A DNA stretch of 64,000 nucleotides from an uncultured Pseudanabaenaceae cyanobacterium. Its GTDB lineage: Bacteria; Cyanobacteriota; Cyanobacteriia; PCC-9006; JAAUQQ01. The notes under the pieces were generated by a model, which was not told the DNA's origin, did no database searches, and worked only from the letters and a program-made list of their open reading frames with translations. Every line of letters starts with the position of its first letter. Positions within the stretch are counted from its first letter, which is position 1. Below, piece after piece: positions 1 through 10,482 of this stretch. The stretch is from NCBI GenBank assembly GCA_938017515.1, contig CALIJJ010000030.1, forward strand, positions 6,360-70,359, in the 5' to 3' direction. A program made the translations under genes and the position numbers.

Positions 1-534
1 GTCAATGAGGGATTGGAGACAGAGCCTTGTCATCCTAAGCACAGGCATGACTACCGTTTGCTCTCACTACGGTAAGACAGTCTCCTCATTGGTGGGGGAC
101 CCAAGTCGTATCCTTAACAATTCCTTCGGGATTACTACGGGATAAGGGTTTTCAGTCCTGATAAATAGATAAAAATGGTGGAAAACTAAAATAAATCTTT
201 CCAGAGATAGTTGTAAAACTTAATTGCCTCCCGGCGGCTTTCAGCAACTTCCTAAAGTAATTGTGACAAGTTTGGGGCAAGTCTTCAAAAAATTGGAAGA
301 AACCGCGATTTTCCGCAATCTTTTGGGAATCACTCGCTACAGTGAGGGTGTTGTTTTGAAATGCCAATCCATCATTTCAATCCCCTACACTTCCAGCGCC
401 TTAAATCTCAGGGATTCGGAGTCTAGGGAGCTATCCCCAAGCGCTTCAGTTCGGATGATTATCCGCTCAAGTGCTTAGGAACCAGGGCGCAGACTTGAGC
501 AATCTTTCGGAGAGCTAATTAATCGGAGAGCACT

Positions 535-1557
535 ATGGTCGAATCGCTTCTGCCCCAATCCGATTCTTCTAAACGTCCCCATGGTCTTCGTTGGCAGCAA
601 CGACTGGGAACGATGTTATTGATGGCGGACAAGACAGCCTCGGAGCAGGTGCAGTGGTTGGCTGGGAAACTGGCGATCGCCACCCTCATCCTCATGGCCA
701 TCGGCAGCGCCACCCGTGTCATGAACGCGGGGCTCGCCTGTCCCGACTGGCCCCTCTGCTACGGCACCCTGTTTCCGGCCCAGCAGATGAACCTCCAAGT
801 GTTTTTGGAGTGGTTCCATCGCTTGGATGCCTCCTTCGTTGGCTTTGGCACCATTGCTCTGGTGGGACTCAGCGCCTGGAAGCGCAGAGAACTGCCCCTT
901 TGGGTGCCTTGGATGGCTCTCCTGTCCCTGGGGATGGTCCTTTTTCAAGGGATCTTGGGTGCACTGACGGTGACGGAGCTGCTGCGATTTGACATTGTGA
1001 CGGCTCACCTGGGAACTGCATTGCTGTTCTTCAGTACGCTCTTGGCCCTGGCAATGCTGTTGCGTCCCTATCAGCCCGTGGGCTCAGCCGGGAAGCTACG
1101 CTGGCTTAGTTTGACGGCCGTGCTCTTCGTCTATGGCCAAAGCCTTCTCGGGGGGCTAGTGGCCTCTCGCTGGGCGCTGCACCAATGTTTGGGCGGTGGT
1201 GCCCTCTGTACCGTCATGAACAGTCACATCGTTGGTGTCGTGCCTGCCGCAGCGTCCACGCTGGCGCTGGTGGTGTGGGCCTTGCGATCGCCAGCCCTGC
1301 CGCCCATCCTTCGCCGTTTGGCGATCGCCGCTGCCACAGCCCTCGTGACTCAAGCGAGCTTGGGTGTTCTCGCGCTGAAGCTGCGTCTGCAAGTTGAACC
1401 CATCACGGTCACCCACCAACTCGTTGGGGCCACACTCCTGGGCATCCTGATTGCCTTTACGGTCCTGTCATGGCGAGATGCCTCGCAGCTCGGGTTGACC
1501 CACAGTATCCAAACCCAGAACGAGACGACCGAACCAGAATTCTTTCCCCTTGGTTGA
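535..1557 (+). CDS. ctaA: heme A synthase (COX15/CtaA family)
   Basis: Polytopic membrane protein with [10 protein letters not shown] and EWFHR motifs plus further conserved His (TAHLG, HQL); followed by ctaB. Confidence 0.95.
   Translation: MVESLLPQSDSSKRPHGLRWQQRLGTMLLMADKTASEQVQWLAGKLAIATLILMAIGSATRVMNAGLACPDWPLCYGTLFPAQQMNLQVFLEWFHRLDASFVGFGTIALVGLSAWKRRELPLWVPWMALLSLGMVLFQGILGALTVTELLRFDIVTAHLGTALLFFSTLLALAMLLRPYQPVGSAGKLRWLSLTAVLFVYGQSLLGGLVASRWALHQCLGGGALCTVMNSHIVGVVPAAASTLALVVWALRSPALPPILRRLAIAAATALVTQASLGVLALKLRLQVEPITVTHQLVGATLLGILIAFTVLSWRDASQLGLTHSIQTQNETTEPEFFPLG
673..680. repeat. HIP1 octamer GCGATCGC (representative copy; dispersed throughout the window)
   Basis: Further copies e.g. 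1321-1328 and tandem 2377-2392; hallmark of many cyanobacterial genomes. Confidence 0.95.
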
Positions 1558-1559
1558 TC

Positions 1560-2543
1560 ATGCAAGAAACGTTTAATTCAGCACCTCGTCTCCATCAATC
1601 CTGGCTCCAGGTGCTCAAAAGTTACTATCAGCTCACCAAGCCGCGTATTATTTTGCTGCTGTTGATCACCACCGCCGCTGGTGCCTGGGTGGCATCCCGT
1701 GGAGAGGTGGATGCGCAACTGATGTTGGCCACGTTGGTGGGTGGGGCCATGGCCTCCGGGGCTGCCAATACCATCAACTGCTACTACGATCGCGACATTG
1801 ATTACGTCATGGAGCGCACCCGCTGGCGGCCTTTGCCCTCCGGGCGCATTCAGCCTCGGGACGCCTTGATTTTTGCGGCGGTTTTGACGGTTGCCTCCTT
1901 TGCTCTAATCACGACCGTCGCTAATCTGCTGGCGGCCTGCCTGGCCATGTCCGGCATTGTCTTCTACGTCCTGATCTACACCCATTGGCTCAAACGCCAC
2001 AGCACCCAAAATATTGTCATTGGTGGGGCTGCCGGTGCCATCCCGCCCCTGGTGGGCTGGGCTGCGGTCACCGGGGACCTGAGCTGGTCGCCCTGGTTGA
2101 TGTTTGTCATCATCTTTCTCTGGACGCCTCCCCACTTCTGGGCCTTGGCTCTGATGATTCGGGATGACTATGAATCGGTGGGCGTGCCGATGTTGCCCGT
2201 TGTGGAAGGGGATGAAGAGACGGCACGGCAGATCTGGATCTATTCGCTGCTGTTGATCCCGGCTTCCCTGGGGCTGGTGTTTCCCCTGGGCACAAACGGG
2301 GCGGTGTATGGAGTGATTGCCCTTTACCTGGGAGGACAACTCTTGGTACGGGCCTGGCGCTTGCTTCAACAGCCGAGCGATCGCGCGATCGCCAAGTCTC
2401 TGTTTAAGTTCTCCATCCTTTATCTGATGCTGCTCAGTGCGGCCATGGTCGTGGACGTTGTTCCCGCCGTGAGCAACATCTCCCAAGGGTTTTTGGACCA
2501 GGTTGCAACCATGGTCATGACTGTTCCGATGATGGCAATCTAG
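1560..2543 (+). CDS. ctaB: protoheme IX farnesyltransferase (heme O synthase)
   Basis: [37 protein letters not shown] motifs; start placed at ATG 1560 just after the ctaA stop. Confidence 0.95.
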   Translation: MQETFNSAPRLHQSWLQVLKSYYQLTKPRIILLLLITTAAGAWVASRGEVDAQLMLATLVGGAMASGAANTINCYYDRDIDYVMERTRWRPLPSGRIQPRDALIFAAVLTVASFALITTVANLLAACLAMSGIVFYVLIYTHWLKRHSTQNIVIGGAAGAIPPLVGWAAVTGDLSWSPWLMFVIIFLWTPPHFWALALMIRDDYESVGVPMLPVVEGDEETARQIWIYSLLLIPASLGLVFPLGTNGAVYGVIALYLGGQLLVRAWRLLQQPSDRAIAKSLFKFSILYLMLLSAAMVVDVVPAVSNISQGFLDQVATMVMTVPMMAI

Positions 2544-2555
2544 ATTGCCAAGAAC

Positions 2556-2591
2556 AAAAAGAGAAGCCCTCATTTGAGGGCTTCTCTTTTT
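2556..2591. terminator. bidirectional intrinsic terminator
   Basis: Perfect inverted repeat AAAAAGAGAAGCCCTCA-TT-TGAGGGCTTCTCTTTTT between convergent genes. Confidence 0.85.
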
Positions 2592-2640
2592 GGGACGCTG
2601 ATCGTCCCGATGCTCTTATCGTGCCGATAGGGCCGATATT

Positions 2641-3189
2641 TTAGTCTTGAACCCAAACAAACGTGACACGCTTGCCAACCATGGCCGCCAAGACGTCATC
2701 GGTGAGGGGCATCTCGTAGGTGCGGGCTCGAACGCCAAAGGCTTTCCCCTTGACGAAAACCAGCTTGCCGCCCTGGAGGTAGGACGTATCTAGCGTGGTC
2801 CGACGTAGGCGTGTGTCGGCATCCTCCGCTTCCAGGGCAACCAATTCGCGACCCTGGGCATCCACCACCCGAACTTCCTTGGCCCAATCCATTAGTGAGC
2901 GAAAGCCAATTTCAAATTCCGTTGCGCCCAGTCCGGGTTGCTCGGTCACCTGGTACTGAATGTCATCGCTGGCCTTCAGCAAGGCAACTTCGCTCAAGCG
3001 ATAGCTCTCATTGCAGGAGAGCGTGCGGCCCACACAATCATTGGTGTTACTGAGATCCTGAAAGGAAATCGTTTCGTTGGCTTGGGCTGCACCGCCCAAT
3101 CCCAGCACGAGTGCCAATCCGCCCAGGGTATATCCCAGTCGAGACTTGAGCAGCAGAGAAAGGGATTGAGAGAAGAGGCGTCGTTTCAT
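2641..3189 (-). CDS. hypothetical secreted protein
   Basis: 182 aa ORF with signal-peptide-like N-terminus ending AQA; no family recognised. Confidence 0.65.
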   Translation of the reverse strand: MKRRLFSQSLSLLLKSRLGYTLGGLALVLGLGGAAQANETISFQDLSNTNDCVGRTLSCNESYRLSEVALLKASDDIQYQVTEQPGLGATEFEIGFRSLMDWAKEVRVVDAQGRELVALEAEDADTRLRRTTLDTSYLQGGKLVFVKGKAFGVRARTYEMPLTDDVLAAMVGKRVTFVWVQD

Positions 3190-3336
3190 AGGTCGTGGGT
3201 GAAGTACAACAGGTTCGCAATACGATCTAAGTCAGGATGAATCGATTTTAGGAGTTTTGTTCCATTTGGCAAGGATTTCACGAATCTTTGCTGCGCTGCT
3301 TCCAGTGCAGCCAGCCATTGCCTCAATAATATATAG

Positions 3337-4485
<1,149 letters not shown>

Positions 4486-4523
4486 TGGTTTGAGCGTGGT
4501 GTGGTTTGGACATTGTTCCAGGT

Positions 4524-4691
4524 TTAACGTCCTTTGAACAATTGCTTCACGAGATTGTCTTTGACCATCATTTGCCGCATGATTTCAACGACATAGTCCT
4601 GGGCCTGTTCAAGGCTGAGGTTTCGCACCTGTGATTGAATCACTTGCAGTTGAAACTGCTGCTCTAAGGTGAGTTGACCACTAGATTCCAT
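4524..4691 (-). CDS. nblA: phycobilisome degradation protein NblA
   Basis: 55 aa MESSGQLTLEQQFQL...LSLEQAQDY...RQMMVKDNLVKQL fits the NblA consensus (LxLEQQF, QMMxxDN); start trimmed to ATG 4691. Confidence 0.9.
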   Translation of the reverse strand: MESSGQLTLEQQFQLQVIQSQVRNLSLEQAQDYVVEIMRQMMVKDNLVKQLFKGR

Positions 4692-5055
4692 GGGAATTTT
4701 CCTCCATTCATGCTGGCTTAATTTTGATTTGATTTTGATTTGATTCTGTGGATGTTTATGTTGATTCATTTTGGGATATGCAGGTTTCTTGAACACGTCA
4801 TAAAGCTTCAGATGTTGGCGGGGAACTTCTCATCACTTTCCCCTGAGCATGCACCCATGACTTTCCCGCGCGATCGCACTTCGGCCTGTTCCGTGATTGA
4901 ATATTTGGCCGTTGAAAATTAAGGAAGCACCATGCTTCTCCACCTGAGATTTTCCCCAGCGCATCCTCAGTTATTACTAATCTTTGAGCGAGTTACATCC
5001 TCTAAGATGGTTCAAGTTATTGTCTTTCTCTACCTCTTCAAGACTTTTTGCATTC

Positions 5056-6297
5056 ATGGATACATCCGTAACCACCAGCACACCTGCTGTCAATAGCCCT
5101 GCCATTGACAGTGCCGTTGACTACGACATTGAGCAAGCGGTTCTAGAACGCTATGAGGCCGGGGCAAGACAACCTCAAGCAGCCCTGTGCTGCCCCACGG
5201 ATGGCTACGACAGCCGTTACCTGGAGCCACTGCCCCAGGAAATTATTGAAAAGGACTATGGCTGCGGCGATCCGACTCGATATATCAACGAGGGCGAGGT
5301 CGTCGTGGACCTGGGCTCTGGAGCCGGAAAAAACTGCTACATCATGGCCCAAAAAGTGGGGCCATCCGGACGCATCATCGGTGTTGATATCAACGATGAA
5401 ATGCTAGGGCTTTCGCGCAAATATCGCGACGAAATGGCCCAGAAATTTGGCTACCAGAATGTTGATTTTGTGAAGGGAAAAATCCAAGACTTGGCCTTGG
5501 ATGTGAGTCAGCTTGAGCGCTGGATTCAGGCTAACCCGATTACCGGAATTGAGCAGATTAGCCAGTATGAAGCTGAGTGCGATCGCCTGCGCCAAACCGC
5601 TCCCCTCATTGCCACGGGCAGCGTTGATGCCGTGGTTTCTAACTGTGTCTTGAACCTTGTCAAGCCCAAGGATAAGCAGCAGCTCTTTGACGAGATTTTC
5701 CGTGTGCTGAATCGAGGAGGGCGAGCTGTTATCTCCGATATTGTCTGCGATGAGCCCCCCACGGAGAAGATTCTCAATGATCCGGATCTGTGGAGTGGCT
5801 GTATTGCTGGTGCTTTCCAGGAAGTCGAATTTCTGGAAATGTTCGAACAGGCTGGATTCCATGGTGTCGAAATCCTGAGCCGCCAAGCAGAACCTTGGCA
5901 GGTGATCGATGGGATTGAGTTTCGTTCCTTGACAGTGCGAGCCTACAAAGGCAAGCAGGGGGTCTGTCTAGAGCGTAATCAGGCGGTGATTTATAAGGGA
6001 CCCTGGAAAGCTGTATTGGATGATGATGGCCATACCTTGACCCGGGGTGAGCGCATGGCGGTGTGCGACAAAACCTTTAAGCTCTACACCGATCCAACGG
6101 GGCCTTATCGTCAGGATTTCCTGGCAATTGAACCTTACGAAACGGTGCCTTTGGATGAGGCAAAAACGTTTGATTGTGAGGTGGATGCCCTGCGTCCCGC
6201 AGCGGTAACAAAGGGATTGGACTACAGCGAAACACGTGTGATTCAGACCTCTTCTTGCTGTGACACAGATACGTCCGACGCAACCAGTTGCTGTTAG
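5056..6297 (+). CDS. ArsM/AS3MT-like SAM-dependent methyltransferase
   Basis: SAM motif VVDLGSGAG; Cys motifs LCCP, YGCGDP, SNCVLNL and GCIAGA as in arsenite methyltransferases; C-terminal CC pairs. Confidence 0.8.
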   Translation: MDTSVTTSTPAVNSPAIDSAVDYDIEQAVLERYEAGARQPQAALCCPTDGYDSRYLEPLPQEIIEKDYGCGDPTRYINEGEVVVDLGSGAGKNCYIMAQKVGPSGRIIGVDINDEMLGLSRKYRDEMAQKFGYQNVDFVKGKIQDLALDVSQLERWIQANPITGIEQISQYEAECDRLRQTAPLIATGSVDAVVSNCVLNLVKPKDKQQLFDEIFRVLNRGGRAVISDIVCDEPPTEKILNDPDLWSGCIAGAFQEVEFLEMFEQAGFHGVEILSRQAEPWQVIDGIEFRSLTVRAYKGKQGVCLERNQAVIYKGPWKAVLDDDGHTLTRGERMAVCDKTFKLYTDPTGPYRQDFLAIEPYETVPLDEAKTFDCEVDALRPAAVTKGLDYSETRVIQTSSCCDTDTSDATSCC

Positions 6298-6458
6298 GGA
6301 TGTAACGGATTCTTGCTCGTTTTTCGATGAATAAGGTCCGTCACTGGGTTCAAGTTTTACGCCTTCTTAGTCTCTGTTATGCAGAAATCTAGGAAGGCGT
6401 TCTTATTCGCGTTACAGTGAAAAGACTGAAGCTTCAACCCAAGATTTATACCTCGTCC

Positions 6459-7307
6459 ATGTCTAAGGCTCCGATTCTACGTAGTGAAACCAAATGCTTT
6501 GGGGGAAAGTTGGGCTTCTATCGCCACTTCTCTAAGCAATGCCAGACCGATATGTCATTTGCTGTCTTCACACCCCCTCAAGTGAGTCAGGGCCCGGTAC
6601 CGGTGCTTTACTATCTATCCGGGTTGACCTGTACCGAAGAGAACTTCATTACCAAGGCCGGTGCCCAGCGCTATGCCGCTGACAACGGCATTATGCTGGT
6701 GGCCCCCGATACGAGTCCGCGCGGTTTAGACCTGCCAGGGGAAGCGGATGATTGGGACTTTGGCACTGGAGCTGGTTTTTATGTGGATGCAACTGTAGAG
6801 CCATGGTCTAAGCATTACCGAATGTACAGCTATGTCGTGGAGGAATTGCCGGCGTTGATAGGCCAGCATTTTCCGGCGAATACGAAGCGACAAGGCATTA
6901 TGGGGCATTCCATGGGCGGACATGGTGCCCTGGTCTGTGCTCTGCGCAATCGCGATCGCTACCTTTCGGTTTCCGCTTTTTCGCCCATTGCTGCACCGAT
7001 GCGATCGCCCTGGGGTAAAAAGGCGTTTTCGGGGTATCTCGGTAGTGATGAAGCAACCTGGAAAGACTACGATGCCAGTGAACTCGTGGCCACCGCCAAC
7101 TTTGGTGGCAATATCTTGATTGACCAAGGCACGGCGGATCAGTTCCTAGAGACTCAGCTCATGCCCCGTGTCTTTGAACAAGCCTGCGAGGCTGCGGGGC
7201 AACTGCTGACGCTACGAATGCAGCCCGGTTATAACCATAGCTACTATTTTATTGCGACGTTCATAGAAGACCATCTCAAGCACCATGCGACGGCCTTGTT
7301 GGATTGA
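6459..7307 (+). CDS. fghA: S-formylglutathione hydrolase
   Basis: YYLSGLTCTEENF, GHSMGGHGAL nucleophile elbow, GYNHSYYFIATF. Confidence 0.95.
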   Translation: MSKAPILRSETKCFGGKLGFYRHFSKQCQTDMSFAVFTPPQVSQGPVPVLYYLSGLTCTEENFITKAGAQRYAADNGIMLVAPDTSPRGLDLPGEADDWDFGTGAGFYVDATVEPWSKHYRMYSYVVEELPALIGQHFPANTKRQGIMGHSMGGHGALVCALRNRDRYLSVSAFSPIAAPMRSPWGKKAFSGYLGSDEATWKDYDASELVATANFGGNILIDQGTADQFLETQLMPRVFEQACEAAGQLLTLRMQPGYNHSYYFIATFIEDHLKHHATALLD

Positions 7308-7473
7308 GGCGATATTGGACTGAGGTGATTGGACTGAGGCGATCGCAACAGCAAAATACCGTGCGGGTATTCTTCTTTCCTGAAATCTCCTAAAGACTTG
7401 CCCCAGTAGCGGTGAATCGACCACTAGAATGGAGAAGCTCGCTCCCTGTTCTTCTTCTACCGATTGCTTTCCT

Positions 7474-8499
7474 ATGGCTCCCGCAGTTCTCATCGAGAAG
7501 CTTCAAAAGTCCTACGGCGATGTTCAGGCCGTCAAACATGTTTCTCTGCAAATTGAGGCGGGAGAGATTTTTGGATTGCTGGGTCCCAATGGTGCCGGAA
7601 AAACCACGACGCTGCGCTGTCTTTGCACCTTGAGCACCCCCGACAGCGGTAGTCTGGAGGTCTGCGGTGTCTCGGTGCTGGGGCAGCCGAAACAGGCGCG
7701 GCAAAAATTGGGATATATTGCCCAAGAAGTGGCTCTGGATAAGGTGCTGACAGGGCGAGAGCTGTTGAAGCTTCAGGCGGCGCTGTATCACTTGCCAAAA
7801 AAGAGCATTCGCGATCGCGTTCAAGCGGTCATCGATCTCCTAGGCATTAACGACTGGGCCGACAAAAAGACGGGGACGTACTCCGGCGGCATTCGCAAGC
7901 GTCTGGACCTGGCGGCTGGGTTGCTCCATGAGCCGAGCGTTTTGGTGATGGATGAGCCGACGGTGGGACTAGACATTGAAAGCCGCACGGTGATTTGGAA
8001 TTTTTTGCGAGGGCTGCGGGATCAGGGCATCACCATTTTGATTACCAGCCATTATCTCGAGGAGATCGATGCCCTGGCGGATCGGGTGGCGATTATTGAC
8101 CAGGGGGAAGTGATTTCGGTGGGAACGCCCTCGGAGTTGAAGGATCGGGTGGGGGGCGATCGCATCACCCTACGCCTCCGCGAATTCACCCCGGACGAAG
8201 AAGCCAATCAGGCGAAGCAGATGCTGGAACAACTGCCCGTTGTCCAGGAGGTGATTCTCAATGCAGCCCAGGGTAATTCGCTCAACTTAGTGGTGAGTTC
8301 CCAGTCGGATTCGTTGTCAACGGTACAACAGGCGCTGAAGGAGGCTGGTTTGCCGACGTTTGGCATTGCCCAATCTCGGCCCAGCCTCGACGATGTCTAT
8401 CTCGCGGCAACGGGACGGACCTTGATGGATGCGGAGCTTGCGGCGGCAGGCACGCGCGATTTGAAGAAAGAGAAAAAGCAGGCTATGAAGGGCAATTAG
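7474..8499 (+). CDS. ABC transporter ATP-binding protein (DrrA-like)
   Basis: Walker A GPNGAGKTT, YSGG signature, Walker B VMDEPT. Confidence 0.9.
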   Translation: MAPAVLIEKLQKSYGDVQAVKHVSLQIEAGEIFGLLGPNGAGKTTTLRCLCTLSTPDSGSLEVCGVSVLGQPKQARQKLGYIAQEVALDKVLTGRELLKLQAALYHLPKKSIRDRVQAVIDLLGINDWADKKTGTYSGGIRKRLDLAAGLLHEPSVLVMDEPTVGLDIESRTVIWNFLRGLRDQGITILITSHYLEEIDALADRVAIIDQGEVISVGTPSELKDRVGGDRITLRLREFTPDEEANQAKQMLEQLPVVQEVILNAAQGNSLNLVVSSQSDSLSTVQQALKEAGLPTFGIAQSRPSLDDVYLAATGRTLMDAELAAAGTRDLKKEKKQAMKGN

Positions 8500-8668
8500 C
8501 CAGTGCTAAGCCAGTGGACACGGCTATACGGCTATTGTGCTGACCGGGCTTCGGCTTCGCTTAGCCCTCGTCTCTTTATGGTGCGAGGATGCTGCTGGTT
8601 GAGTGGATCCGATACGAATAGAAGGAAAACGACGTTTGTTTGGGGCTGCCGACTGAATTGAATCTGTT

Positions 8669-9634
8669 CTACTGAATGAATTCCTCAGGGGAACCGGGGG
8701 CATTGGTGTTCCGATTCGGGGGATGTTGGTACGTTCCGGGTAGGGGATCCTGTTCGACTAACAGGTAGCGTTCGCCCCAGCCGCCATTAATGTCTTGGAC
8801 GCGTAGCCCTGGAGGAGTCGTTTGCCCTGTGGGGAGTGGAATCGGCAACAGTTTAGCCGCTTGGAAATATTGCTCCCCTTCAAGGGAGGTTTTAACCAGG
8901 GTATTGCTGAGGACCAAATGTGTTTCTGCGAGCTTGTTTTGGACAGGTTGTAGTCGATCGGATGCGCCATCAACCACAAGGGTTGCCAGAAAAATGACGT
9001 CTGATTCTGGCTTCCACTGGAGTTGCAGTTCTTTCTGATGGATTTGCCAGCTTTCGAGGTATTGGCCATCCCTAGCAACCTGCCAAAGATTGAGTTTTGA
9101 GGACCAGCTTCCATCGATGATGTCTGTGAGCTGATAGTCCAAAATGACGTAGCTTGGGTCGAGGGCAAGTCGCCGCAGCAGAGCGTTAGATTGCTCGGGA
9201 GATTTTTTCGATAATGATTCAGATAGCACTTCGGTATTGCTGTGGCTTGAAGCGTCATCGACAGGCGTATTCGTGGGCCCGGTTGAGTCTTCAGCTAAAA
9301 AAGATGGAGCCAAAGAAGATGGAGCCAAAGAAGCAGGCGTTAGAGTTGAGCCTTCGAGTTTGAGATAGCGGATGGCAGCGATCGCCAAGCGACTTCCCTC
9401 CGGCAACTGAGTTTGGCCGGACAGCTCATAGCGTCCCGTGGATAAAGCCTCGACATCAAAGCTCAGCTCCACTTTCTTTTGCAGTGAGTCCTCTAGGGCG
9501 GGGTGCCAGGTCAGCCACTGGCCATAATCTTGACCGAGTCTGCGATCGCCCGTGCAGCCCCCCAAGCTCAGACCCAGCATGATAAAGAGGGCAAGATGAT
9601 GGGGTCGGGGGCTCGGAGCATTCAAAACAAACAT
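8669..9634 (-). CDS. hypothetical lipoprotein
   Basis: 321 aa ORF; hydrophobic N-terminus with lipobox-like LGGC. Confidence 0.7.
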   Translation of the reverse strand: MFVLNAPSPRPHHLALFIMLGLSLGGCTGDRRLGQDYGQWLTWHPALEDSLQKKVELSFDVEALSTGRYELSGQTQLPEGSRLAIAAIRYLKLEGSTLTPASLAPSSLAPSFLAEDSTGPTNTPVDDASSHSNTEVLSESLSKKSPEQSNALLRRLALDPSYVILDYQLTDIIDGSWSSKLNLWQVARDGQYLESWQIHQKELQLQWKPESDVIFLATLVVDGASDRLQPVQNKLAETHLVLSNTLVKTSLEGEQYFQAAKLLPIPLPTGQTTPPGLRVQDINGGWGERYLLVEQDPLPGTYQHPPNRNTNAPGSPEEFIQ

Positions 9635-9684
9635 GGCGATCGGGGGCTAGAGAAACAGGCGTAGCTTGGGTCTAAATTGGGGGA

Positions 9685-10446
9685 TTAATAGGGGGTGACA
9701 CCGTGGTAACCGCTGGATTCTGGCATGATGGCGTAGAGCAAGTTGGCATTGGCTAAATTGGTTTTGCTGAGGTCGGCTCCCGTAAAATTAACAAACCTCA
9801 AATCTGCCCCTTCAAAGTTGACCCCCTCCAGATTTGCTTCAATTAAAACAGCACCATAAAGGCTGGCTCGATGACCATTGGCATCCCGCAAATTTGCACG
9901 TTTGGCATTTGAATCTCTGAGTTCTGCATCAAATAGATTAGCTCTGATGAGCGTGGCATTTTCTAAGCTAATATTGAGCATTTCGGCATGCTTTAGACTG
10001 GCCTCAGTTAGGTTAGCATTTTGGAGGTTAGCCCCCTGAAGCACTGCTTTTTCAAAGCGTGCTCGGCTAAGATTGGCGTCTTTTAATGTGGTGTTGATGA
10101 GTCGTGCGCCGGAGAAATTGGCCCCCTCCAAATCCGCGCCCATTAGATTGGCTCGGTTGAGGTCAAAGTCGCTGAGATCCGCCCCCCGGAGATTGCAGCC
10201 GATGCAGCGACGGGTGCCCCGCAGTTTTTTTAGGTTAGCGTTGACGCTGGCGGTTTTTGCAGTTTTGCTGGCTTGATACACCGGCTCTGGAAAAAGCTCA
10301 GACAGTGGGCGAGCGTAGTCAGATGATTCATCTGTAACGGGCGATGGTACTGCCGATGAGAGTTCCTGTTTTCGGCTGAGCTGTACCAGCACTGCGATGC
10401 CTAGGGAGCCGATAAACGTTCCGAGCAGCAGGAAGAAAAAGCGCAT
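9685..10446 (-). CDS. membrane-anchored pentapeptide repeat protein
   Basis: N-terminal TM helix, CxxC, long A(N/D)Lxx pentapeptide array. Confidence 0.9.
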   Translation of the reverse strand: MRFFFLLLGTFIGSLGIAVLVQLSRKQELSSAVPSPVTDESSDYARPLSELFPEPVYQASKTAKTASVNANLKKLRGTRRCIGCNLRGADLSDFDLNRANLMGADLEGANFSGARLINTTLKDANLSRARFEKAVLQGANLQNANLTEASLKHAEMLNISLENATLIRANLFDAELRDSNAKRANLRDANGHRASLYGAVLIEANLEGVNFEGADLRFVNFTGADLSKTNLANANLLYAIMPESSGYHGVTPY

Positions 10447-10482
10447 GGGGTTGGGTTACTCCTAATCCAAGTTCTTTGCACA

